From Octopus vulgaris (taxonomy: Eukaryota): a stretch of DNA of 64,000 bases. Each line of letters starts with the position of its first letter. The first letter of the stretch is position 1. Shown piece by piece: positions 13,297 through 25,312 of this stretch. The notes under the pieces are model-generated. The model searched no databases and was not told the DNA's origin. It worked only from the letters and a program-made list of their open reading frames with translations. Where the stretch lies: NCBI GenBank assembly GCA_951406725.2, contig OX597815.1:1426001-1490000 (forward strand), given 5' to 3'. Position numbers and translations under genes: made by a program.

Positions 13297-13600
13297 TGGG
13301 GAGGCACATGGCCTAGTGGTCAGAGCAGCGAATTTGCAGTCGAGGGATCGTGGGTTCGAATCTCAGACCGAGCAATGTGTGTGTTCATGAGCGAAACCCC
13401 TAAGCTCCACGTGGCTCCGGCAGAAGGTAATGGTGATCTTCTGCTGACTCTTTTGCCACAACTTTCTCTCGCTCTTTCCTCCTGCATCTTGCAGCTCACC
13501 TGCGACGGACCGGCGTCCTGTCCAGGTGGGGAACCTATACACCAAGGAAACCGGGAAAATTGGCCCTTATGAGCCAGGCATGGCTCAAGAAGGAACAAAC
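13297..13600 (+). mobile_element. tRNA-derived SINE of a second family
   Basis: A box TGGCCTAGTGG and B box GGTTCGAATC followed by a non-tRNA body; no closing acceptor stem. Confidence 0.65.
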
Positions 13601-14732
13601 AATATATGTAACAGTCAATATTTCTTTACAGTGAAGTTCTTCATTTTTAGACAATCATTTAACCGGTTTCAGACTGGCCTTGCTCCGATCAGACAAGCTT
13701 CCTGTTTTAATCAAAATTCCCCATTAATTAATGTTCCAAAGTTATTTTATTAAAAGCTTCATCATTTTCTAAACTACCTGAAATAAACAGAGTCTCTACC
13801 AACGGAAATATGGCAAGAAAAGTGCTTCTTTGTTAAGGTCAGGTTCCTGGTTATATGTAGGTAAACTGAGTGGCTTATTCTTTTACTTGTTTCAGTCATT
13901 AGACTGTGGCCATGCTGGGGCACCACCTCGAAGAATTTTAGTCAAACAAATCAACCCCCACCCAAGACTTCTTTTTTTTAAATTCCAGGTACTTATTCTT
14001 ATTTCCTTATTCCCCACAAGGGGTTAAACATAGAGGGGACAAACAAAGGGATCAAGTCAATTACATCGACTCCAGTGCGTAACTGGTACTTAATTTATCG
14101 ACCCCCAAAAGAATGAAAGGCAAAGTCGACCTTGGCGAAACTTGAACTCAAAACCTAACAGCAGACGAAATACCGCTAAGCATTTCACCCAGCCTACTAA
14201 CGTTTCTGCCAGCTCACCGCCTTATAAATCCCAGGTACTTACTCTGTTAGTCTCTTTTGCCAAATTGCTAGGTTATGGGGACGTAAACACACCAACACTG
14301 ATTGTAAAGTGATGTGTGTGTATGTGTGTGCGGGGAGACAAAGACATACACATGCATACATATATACAATGGGCTTCCTTCAGTTTCCATCTATCAAATC
14401 CACACAGATGGTTTTGGTCAGTCCAAGGCTTTTGTAGTAGACACTTACCTTAGGTGGGACAGATCCTGGAGCCATGCATTTGGGAAGCAAGCAGCTATAC
14501 CTGCATCTGTATTATGTGAGTTTTGTAAAAATACTGAACACCTGCTCCTGATTGCAAACAGGTACCATAGAACATCAGAGGTCAGCTGGGAACCTGATAG
14601 GGAAGAAACCTGATGCTTATATATTTAGAAGGGTCACTCTGAGCAAATATTCCCAGGATTCCCATGATGGCATACAACCCCAAGAAAAAGGATGGAGGTA
14701 TCATTCTTGATTGATCTTTGATAATTCTAACT

Positions 14733-15080
14733 TACTCTTTTACTTGTTTCAGTCATTTGACTGTAGCCATGCTGGAGCACATTGACCCCAGGACTTATTC
14801 TTTGTAAGCCTAGTACTTTTGCCGAACTGCTAAGTTATGGGGATGTAAACACACCAGCATCGGTTGTCAAGCGATGTTGGGGGACAAACACAGACACACA
14901 AATACATATATATATATGACGAGCTTCTTTTCAGTTTCCGTCTACTAAATCCACTCACAAGGCTTTGGTCGGCCTGAGGTTATAGTAGAAGACACCTGCC
15001 CAAGGTGCCACGCACTGGGACTGAACCCAGAACCATGTGGTTCGTAAGCAAGCTACTTACCACACAGCCACTCCTACTCC
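14733..15080 (-). mobile_element. tRNA-derived SINE
   Basis: Family motifs TTGTTTCAGTCATTTGACTG...TTTCAGTTTCCGTCTAC...GGGACTGAACCC. Confidence 0.85.
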
Positions 15081-15639
15081 TTGTGTTAAAACTTTAGCAC
15101 AAGACCAGCAATTTTGAGGGGAGGGGGCAATACTTGGTGCTACATTTTATTGACCCCCAGAGGGATAAAAAGGCAAAGTTGACCCCGGTTAGAGTCCAGG
15201 CCAAAGAAATACCACCAAACACTTTGACCAGCACTGGAACAAGTTTGCCAGTTTGTTGCCCTGTTTTCAGTAATTATATTTATTGTAAGAAAGTGATGAG
15301 AATAGAAGCAAAGGAGTATAGCAAATTTTACTAACCTCAGTACATGACTGGTATTGGATGGTACTCAACCTTCAAAATATGAAAACAAAGCTCACTCAGC
15401 CTTAATTGAAAATCCCAATAGAGATTATTGTGAGGCCCAACAGCCAAGTGAACTAGTTTCAACCATTGCACTTATTGTTCCAAAGTAATAATTCTGATTT
15501 TGGCCCATGTCCAGCAATTCTGAAGAGAGGGGTCAGTTTATTACATCACCCTACTCACAGAATGAAAGACCTCAGTGCTATTTGAACACAGAATGCAAAG
15601 AGCCGGAAATTTTTTTTTAAAATGCCACTAAGTAGTTGT

Positions 15640-16040
15640 AGGTGCAGTAGTGGCTGTGTGGTAAGTAGCTAGCTAACCAACCACATGGTTCCAGGTTCAG
15701 TCCCACTGCGTGGCATCTTCGGCAAGTGTCTTCTGCTATAGCCCCGGGCCGACCAATGCCTTGTGAGTGGATTTGGTAGACGGAAACTGAAAGAAGCCTG
15801 TCGTATATATGTATATATATATGTGTGTGTGTGTGTGTGTTTGTCCCCCTAGCATTGCTTGACAATCGATGCTGGTGTGTTTATGTCCCCGTCGCTTAGT
15901 GGTTCGGCAAGAGAGACCGATAGAATAAGTACTGGGCTTACAAAGAATAAGTCCCGGGGTCGATTTGCTCGACTAAAGGCGGTGCTCCAGCATGGCCGCA
16001 GTCAAATGACTGAAACAAGTAAAAGAGTAAAGAGAGAGTA
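15640..16040 (+). mobile_element. tRNA-derived SINE, near full length
   Basis: Head TGGCTGTGTGG...GGTTCAGTCCC, central (TA)/(TG) microsatellite, tail GACTGAAACAAGTAAAAGAG. Other copies at about 2518-2895, 29815-30175, 46270-46640, 50530-50870 and 54937-55290. Confidence 0.88.
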
Positions 16041-17846
16041 AGCATTTTGTGTGACTTGCTAATGATTATTGTTTTAATAATAAATTCATTAGTGATAGCC
16101 TAAAACCACTTTGGTAATGCTTGTGCACATGGGGTGGAGTAGGAGGGGGTCTTCCCCACCCTCATCTCATCCCCTAACACTCATTACTTCTTTGTGGTAT
16201 TAGTCTGCTGTTGTAATCACCTGAAAGCAGAACTATACCCCACCCCCTTCAGTTACCTTTGTCCCCTTCTTGGAACCCCATGTGCCACCTCCAGCCATTG
16301 CTCTGTCTCTGCTACACTCTATCTTTAATGTCTTTCATATCTGCTTTCATCCTCAATTCTCTACACCACTTATATTCACCCCCCACCCCACCCCGCCTCC
16401 AGGATATGTCCTAACACATCTCCACCACCAACACTCTTTCACCCTGTCATTCTATCTTCCTCCCTCCCTCCCTCTGCTATACATTAACCTCTTACCAACT
16501 GGCACAAAGCCACAGTCAATGGGTCTTTAGGTTGCAAGTTACTTGGTAACCCTGCCCCGTGCTGGTGCCACCTAAAAAGTACCCAGTACACCCTTTAAAG
16601 TGTTTGGCATTGGGAAGGGCATCCAGCCATAGAAAACATTGCCATAACAACCAACAGAGCTGGGCTCAGCCCTCCAGCCTTGCCAGCTCCTGCCAAACCA
16701 TCCAATCCATGACAGCATGAAAAAAAGATATTAAATTTGAGTCTATTGTTGGCGATTAACAAAACACTCATCACTTATATGGTGCTCCTACTACCAGTTG
16801 TGAGGTATATGTCTTTATGGTATCTATTTACAGCTAAGTGAACTGGGCCATTAAACAGATTTATTTGGTGACAAGGATTAAGTCGTCAATTAAGCATCTC
16901 TAATTCCAACTATCAATCAACTTGGCTTATGTTATTGCTGCGATAATGACGATTATTAAAAAAAAACAAAAAAAAAACAACAAAACGAGGAAATGAAAGG
17001 TTTTTTTTTTATAAAGAAAAGACAAATAAATTCAACAACAAAAAATTGGTAATGGAATAAAAGAATTGTTTATAAAAATATTGTTAAAAAAAAAAAGGTT
17101 AATGTTTAACATTTTAAATTAATTCATATAAATTAAGAAGTATGTTACACCATGTGTAACCTTAAAAATCATTTTGATCAGCAGGTGGTACATGTCATTT
17201 CTAAAATCATGTGATGAGCAGGGGTTTATATTTTCTGACAGTCATCTGATCAGAAAATGTGGGGTCCATCATTTCCAAAATCACATTGATCATTAGAATG
17301 TATAAGAATTGTTTAAACTGTTCAGCTCAACGAGGAGGATTATTTCTGGAAATCATCCAGATTAACGAGTGTGTATATAATTGTTTGTTCAGATGGATGT
17401 GTGGGAGGATGGGTGGAGTGGGGGACGAGCTACGATTAAAACTGACAAACTCGATTTGAAGTATTTTGTTTTAAGACAGTGGTCAAGCTCACCTTGGAGT
17501 TCTGGGTGAGTAAAGGAGTGGGATGAAGGATAGAGAGGGTGGTGGTGTTGTTGTTCCAGCAGTGGTTGACACTGTACTAGTCTGGAGATCAAAATTCCTG
17601 GCAAACTTTGCATGGAAAGTAAATAATTACTGAAATACTTCACATGGAAAGCAAGAAAAAAACAAAAAAAAACAAAACAAGGTTTTGAAATTAAAAAAAT
17701 TTAGAAAACAAAATAAAAATTATGGCAAACCATGTTGGTGGCTAACAATATAAATAAATTGTAAAAAACAGGTTTTTAATTTGGTCAAGAGTGGATTTTC
17801 TAAAACCTTGAAAAATAGTTTCAAAATCTGCAGTGCAACTGGCATT

Positions 17847-18608
17847 CCTTGTGGTGCACCCAGACACTCTTCATGGTGCATCTGCTTATCCCTTGTGGTG
17901 CACCCAGACACTCTTCATGGTGCACCTGCTTATCCCTTGTGGTGCACCCAGACACTCTTCATGGTGCACCTGCTTATTCCTTGTGGTGCACCCAGACACT
18001 CTTCATGGTGCACCTGCTTATCCCTTGTGGTGCACCCAGACACTCTTCATGGTGCACCTGCTTATCCCTTGTGGTGCACCCAGACACTCTTCATGGTGCA
18101 CCTGCTTATCCCTTATGGTGCACCCAGACACTCTTCATGGTGCACCTGCTTATCCCTTGTGGTGCACCCAGACACTCTTCATGGTGCACCTGCTTATCCC
18201 TTGTGGTGCACCCAGACACTCTTCATGGTGCATCTGCTTATCCCTTGTGGTGCACCCAGACACTCTTCATGGTGCACCTGCTTATCCCTTGTGGTGCACC
18301 CAGACACTCTTCATGGTGCATCTGCTTATCCCTTGTGGTGCACCCAGACACTCTTCATGGTGCACCTGCTTATCCCTTGTGGTGCACCCAGACACTCTTC
18401 ATGGTGCACCTGCTTATCCCTTGTGGTGCACCCAGACACTCTTCATGGTGCACCTGCTTATCCCTTGTGGTGCACCCAGACACTCTTCATGGTGCACCTG
18501 CTTATCCCTTGTGGTGCACCCAGACACTCTTCATGGTGCATCTGCTTATCCCTTGTGGTGCACCCAGACACTCTTCATGGTGCATCTGCTTATCCCTTGT
18601 GGTGCATC
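17847..18608. repeat. 44-bp minisatellite, 17 complete units plus a partial unit
   Basis: Unit CCTTGTGGTGCACCCAGACACTCTTCATGGTGCA(C/T)CTGCTTATC; unit starts at 17847, 17891 ... 18595. Confidence 0.97.
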
Positions 18609-19699
18609 CAACTGGCAGATGAGAGCAACTGGATTGGAGTAAAATTATGGACAAGAGTGGAGAGTGAGTGTGGCTGCCACGGGAGAAGAGAAAACTGAAG
18701 ACAAATAAAGCCAGAGATGAGTCGAGTGTGAGTGTGATGGGAACATTAAATCTAGGAGGGATTTATTGCCTGAGTGGAGTGTGGAGTGATTGTCTGAATG
18801 TCCAGCTAAGAACAGACAGACGTGAGATTGCTGAATAAAACTCAATAGCAACAACATGGAGTTTAGTTTCAATGAGGAAACCGTTTTGCTTTGTCTTTTT
18901 TGAAACAGACCATTCCAGTATTCCAAAGAGTTGTTCTGTAACAGAACAGCCAAACTTACAAAGCAGAGAAAAACAGATTTCCTTCAAAAAGTAAATGAAT
19001 GTATTAATCTTAATATTAATTATGATCCTTGTTAGAAATATTTAATTAATTGATAACTAATAACATTTAGCAAGGAAGAAAACTTTTATGAAGTGAAACT
19101 TCATTCAAGAAATTTCTACGTTTCTTTTAAAATGGAAGACCAGACAATTTCTGTATTCCTTGTAAAAATAAAGATTATAAACTGAAGTCCAACAACTTAG
19201 GACAATACTGACCACAATAACAACAACAGTGACATAAAAGGAGTGAAGGTCAAACAAAGTACCACAGACATACATATATGTACACACAACCTCTCCATAC
19301 ATACATATATATATATATACACACACACATTAGTTTCAAATATGGCAGAGGGCCTGCAATTTCGGGGAGGGGATAGATCAGTTACATTGAGCCGAGCACT
19401 CAAATGGTGCTTATTTCATCAACCCCAAAAGGATGAAAGGCAAAGTTGATCTCAGTGGAATTTGAACTCAGAACCTAAAGACAGATGAGATGCCTCCAAG
19501 CATTTTGTCCAGTGTGCTAATGATTCTGCCACCTTTCTACCTTTATTTATATTCATATTTATATATATATATTGTGTGTGTGTAGGTATTGAGTCAGTAA
19601 GTTTGTAGTTAAAGGCAATATGAGAAAATAAGACATTTGAGGTGGTGTTATTGATTTGGGTTTTAATGGGTAACACACACATTATACATACCCCTATGC

Positions 19700-19749
<50 letters not shown>

Positions 19750-19799
19750 AGAGAGTTTCATGGCAACTTTCTTTCACTTCTCAAGGTTCATTCAAACAG

Positions 19800-19854
<55 letters not shown>

Positions 19855-20445
19855 GAACAAACAGCTAAATGAATGTGTGTGCATTTAAGCAGAAAAGCTG
19901 ACTCCATCTGGTGAAATAGAGTCAGATTAATTCAGAGTTGAAATACTGTGATTCATGACTCAGAATGACAAACTAATAACAATAATTATAATAATATATA
20001 TATGTATATACACACACACACACCTCATGTACACACCCTAAGTATCTGATTAACCTCTCGGCTGCAAGAGTACCCATGTAGAGCTGGTATCATCATTAAC
20101 AACAACATTAGCAAAAAATAAAAAAAAAAGGAATATCCTGAAAGAAACTTCTAAATTATTCAGTGAACTCAATTCCAATAAAATAATGGTAATATTTTAT
20201 TGGCACCAGATGTATGTATGCAAAGTGAACAGAGGCAAGATTTGAGTCAAGAATGAAAAAGAATTACAGAAAATACAAGGTGTTTAGTCAAAAACCATTC
20301 CTGTCAACTTATTTGGCTGACTTTCTCAAAATATTCTCTTAAATTCTATTTTTTTTCCCCATTTTCATGTTTTAAATATTTTACAAATCAAATGTGTTAA
20401 ATGAGAATTAATATTCTTCTAAAATAACAGTATTACTATAAATAA

Positions 20446-21022
20446 TATTGTTATGTCTTGGGAGGGCCATTATCCCAATAACACATGCACTGGTTCAATA
20501 TCGCTTCCTCATTGTCAGTCAATTGGTTATATATCTAACCAACTGACTAAGCGATAGTCTGTTTAATGTGCAGGTTAAACACTCAACCGACTGTTTCTTG
20601 GTCAAAGTTCCTTTGTCGCTGTCTGTGATCTTTTCAGTGACTTAGTGACTTTTCCTCTCACTTCAAGACCAGCTCTGTGTCTGAGAATTAGTCTTGTGTC
20701 TGGCTGTGTGTGTGTGTGTGTATGTTTGCTTAGAAGAGGAAGTAAGGGTGAGAGTAAATGGTGTGTGTGGTTGTGTGTGTCCATTAGCCATCTGTGATCT
20801 CTTTAAGGGTTCAGACTTTAGAGTGAGAGGGGAAGTTGCTAAAGAACAGCGACTAAAGAACTGACCAACAAACAACCGATTGACTGTTTAACCAGCACAT
20901 CAAATAAATGATCGATTAGTTAGTTGGTTAGATATAAACCAACTGACAAACAATAAAGAAGTGATATTAAACCAGTGCATGTGTTATGATTGGTGTAACG
21001 ACCCACCTAAAACACAACAAAA
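20446..21022. mobile_element. MITE-like element with long (~150-180 bp) diverged terminal inverted repeats
   Basis: ATAACACATGCACTGGTT...ATATCTAACCAACT...GTCGCTGT is mirrored by ACAGCGAC...AGTTGGTTAGATAT...AACCAGTGCATGTGTTAT. Confidence 0.7.
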
Positions 21023-24000
21023 CTTCTTTTGTGACATGAATTCACATTCTTGCAAACCAAATACAAAAACTAAGTAATCTTAAATAATAATTTTACTTCG
21101 AACATTTTAAAAAAACAGTTGAGGGATATTTTTTATAAAAAAGAAAATATATTCATTATGTAAACAAAAGTTAATTAAAACAACTTTAATGCTAATGAAA
21201 TATAGTCAACATATCGACCACAATAAAAGAGACATTTATCATATTGCTTTCAATGGATGAATAATGGTCTAAGGCTGTGTCAGGAACCATTACAATAAAA
21301 AACAATTTGGTTATTATCAAGGGTTGTGCCTTTCTCAAAGTCAATAGCAGTGAAATATAAATGGTTTATAGGAAATCTCACTGTAAACATTTTTGGTGTA
21401 GGAAAGTGCTATCATAAAATTGACCCCCCCCCCACCGATTTCTTAAAATGGCAACTTCATCAATTAACCCACCAATTAGAGGCAGGTAATTTCTTTAAAA
21501 TGAGTTATCTAGTTTACAGTCTGCAGGTGTGCCTCCTTTACAGCAAAATTTCCCACAGCAAAAATGTTTATGGTGAATTTTCTGGACATGAATATAACGT
21601 ATTTGGTTTTAACTACGGAAGCAAATCTGGGTAAAAACAGTCGGCTTTCTAAGGACTCAATACTGGCGTCTTTGTTTGGCAGTAAGCCACATATTTATAG
21701 AACAGGAGGAATAGGATTATATGACATTCATGCCTTTCCAAGAGTTATTTGTGGCAAAAATGAAAGAGCTGCAACCAAGAATTAAGGAACAGGTTGCAAA
21801 TTAATTGCTTCAACAGTTTACCAATTTCCTGTGTGTGCGTGTATACACACACTGCAACTAATGACATACAATAAATAAAAAAAAAACATTAACAAGTCTT
21901 AACAAATTGTCGTTTATAACAGCAGTTTTAAAATTTTGTTTTAGTAACTATTTTTCAACAAAATGTTAAAATTTTAACAATTGGTGACAAAAGATTACTT
22001 TGCTTTTTTGAAAAAAAGGGGTTTTCACTGGTAGAGCATCAGAACAACATTTGAATATTTTCTAAGTTTCTATTTAAGTAAAGAATTCTAAAATAATTAA
22101 ATCAATAAGCAACATGAAGTCAAAGGCCAATGTGAAGAAACCACTGCATTCCATGTTTAAGAGTTTTGAAACTAGCTGTGAATAGTCACAAATATATATA
22201 AATACATACGACACACATCTATGTTCTGTCATATTTAACCTGTTCAGGTCTGCTTGGCAGTTGGAAGCCCTTTCACTATTGTGGAAACGTTGGGTTACAG
22301 ATGATGCTATCAGCTCAACTGATGCCTGCATTTCTGCGTTGTTGTGCTTTGCCAATTATAAATACTATATTTGTTCTTAGTTACCTGATGCAGCAGGAGA
22401 GGATGGGTTCAGTATTTGTAGCTGATGCCATGCAATAATGCAGAAATGCATGTGACTGCCAGCATCCATCGCCCAATCTGTTCTTTCACACATTATTCAT
22501 GAAGAGAAACTTCTTCCAAGAATATTTCCACAGCAATAGGTCTTCTCATCTCTGAATGGGCATCAACAAGTAAAATATGACTGTACACGTGTGTATGTGG
22601 TGTGTGTGTAATTGAGTCACAAACAAATCCCATTTGTGTTAGCAGCCACAGTTTAAAATATATAAAAATGTATTTTTAGTTGAATCTCAGATTAATGTTC
22701 AAAATATGATTAAAAAAAAAAACGCCCTCATTTTCCCCCACCTCCCCCCATTAATTAATTCACATTTTCCTTTGTTTTTATGACATATTTTTGTTTCAGC
22801 TGAACAAGCACAATGTATGCAAGTAGATGGGGCTCTGCATAAAGCCCACTACTTCACATGTTTTGTGCAGGAGATAAAAACCAGAACAATCGATTTGTTT
22901 GTGTTCCATCATACAACAATAACAACAACAACTTCTACTTATGTACAACAACGCCTGTCGGCCAGCAATGCACTTTGGTATTGCACACTGTACACACCTT
23001 GCCCATTATATACACACTGTACAATGTACAATCCCTCATATATATACATTGTATTTATTTAAATGGCACAAAAAATGAAAACCTCAAAATTTATTGGAAA
23101 ATTGGGAAAGTTTAAATGCTGTGAGTGAGGGGTGCAGAGTCTGAGTGAGAGGGGTGAAGGGGGTCAAACAGTTTGGGTGTTCGACTCTTGAGAAATACAG
23201 AGAAAGTGGTGTGGTCATTGGCAAGAGACTGGGGAGTGGTAGGAGGTGAGAGAGGAGGAGGAGGGGTAAGTCAACCGAAAATTGGAAAGGGAATGTATTT
23301 TCAAAATAAAGATTGTCAATACTGATAATCCTTTCGGCCATTGCCACAAGGCCTGACATTTGGGGTGGGGGGGGAGATAGTTGAATACATTTGACCTCAG
23401 TACTTAACTGGCACTTTTATTTCATCAACCTTGAAAGGATTAAAGGCAAAGCTGACCTTGCCAGAATTTGAACTCAGAACATAAAGACAGACGAAATGCC
23501 TCTAAGCATTTCGTTTGGCACATTAACAATTCTGTCAGACTTTTGCCTTGTTTTGCTTTTGTTATCAACATCAGAACTTAAAATTCCAAGAATGAGGAGA
23601 AATAGAATAGATGACAGTCGCAGCAGCAGCAGCCGTCCAAGAATTTGGACCTGGAGATCTCCATTTCCAGCGACTTCGAGGGTCACCTCCCAGTGGTGTC
23701 AAGCATCACCAAAGAGCCCTTGACTACAACAAGACGACCAAAGTTTTTTTTTCCAGGTCTGGGGTCTCCCGCCCCTAAGCCCTAGACCATCACCTAATCC
23801 CCCTTACCCGTCTTGTTGTTTAACAACAACAACAGTAGTAGTAGTGGTTGTCATAGTAGCAGTAGTAGTGGCAGCAGTAGTAGTGGCAGCAGTTAGATAA
23901 TTAGTAAGTGCTCAAGACTTAATCCTTTAGAGTAAAAGAGTAACTTTCCACTGTACCAAAGTGGTGAGTTGCAAGAACTTCAGGACCAGCAGGGGTCACA

Positions 24001-25257
24001 TCTGGGATAAGAAAAATAACGAATCCTTTATTTCACAAATACCCAACAAACATTAAACTACTCTTGTTGTCTTAAAGCTTCAACCTTTTTCGTTTGGATT
24101 TTGGGGACTTCATTAGAAATGACTTCAAATCTGAATTTAGGCAAAATTTTAACTGTGGGAATCATGGGTAATACACCAGGCAACATGTTTAAAGTTGAGA
24201 GTTTTGGTTGTAAGCCCAATTGGTTTGTCCACCAAGAGTCTCTGCAGAGTGAGATAATGTTGATAATTCCAACCAATATTTTGGAAGATAGATTCCTTAG
24301 CTAGGAATTAGGGGTAACAAGCCCCATATACATTGCCCTATAGTAAGTAAAGGGTGGACAGCAATCATGTTAACTGTGCAATCCTTTAGCCTTGTGTTGT
24401 GGTTCCTTTAGAAATTGCAAAAAGAATTAGGTCACCATATTTTCAGGATCAACATTATTTCATATGTGGTGTGTCTTCTCCAAATGCACAACGAATAGAG
24501 TTAGGTTTGAAGTCATGACCACATGGGCCTCAAAGTTAAGAAATTCTATCATCATTTTAATTCATTTAAATCTTAAGTAATTCATTGACTGGTACCAGCG
24601 GTCATGTGTATGTAAAAAGTTTGCCTCCCAACCACATGGTCTTGAGTTCAGTCCTATGGCAAGGCACCTTGGGCAGATGTCTTCTACAACAGCCTTGGGC
24701 TGGCCAAAGCCTTGTGAGTGGATCTGGTAGGCAGAAACTGACAGAAGGCTATTACATATGTGTGTGTGTGTGTATGTATTTGCATGTATATGTATGTGTA
24801 TGTGAGCGTGCGTATTACTGCCTCCTTGTCTAGATATCACATGATGGCATAAACGAATGTCACCCTCACGCAAGTGGTATCCATTTCCAATCTAACATGA
24901 AAACATGTTTGGTGATGAAGACTTACTTTACTTGGAAACGGATGAAAGGTTAGCAACAGGAAGAGTATCCAACAGCAGAAAATCTGCCTTATGCGAACAT
25001 GGAAAAGTGGACGCTAAATGACAGTTATCTTCATTTTAATGTCCCCTTTATGATGCTGAGATGCATTGGACACTGGCATATGTGTATATATATATATATA
25101 TATACCAATTATATATGTCTTTATTATTTTCTTGCAATTTACTTAATCATCGGTATATTATTGTTATTTTATTTTTAATATTTCTATTATACGTAATTTT
25201 CTAGATGGTGTAATTTAATTGTTCATTTTGAATTGATAAAAGGTGTTTTTTTTTCAA

Positions 25258-25312
<55 letters not shown>

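Noticed and set aside
13297-13375. Possible tRNA gene
   Set aside because: A and B boxes are present but there is no acceptor-stem pairing, and the sequence continues into a SINE body; the same applies to 3848-3920
17781-18698. Cys/His-rich repeat ORFs or a CRISPR-like array
   Set aside because: Identical 44-bp tandem units with no unique spacers; the unit length is not a multiple of 3; eukaryotic context with no cas genes
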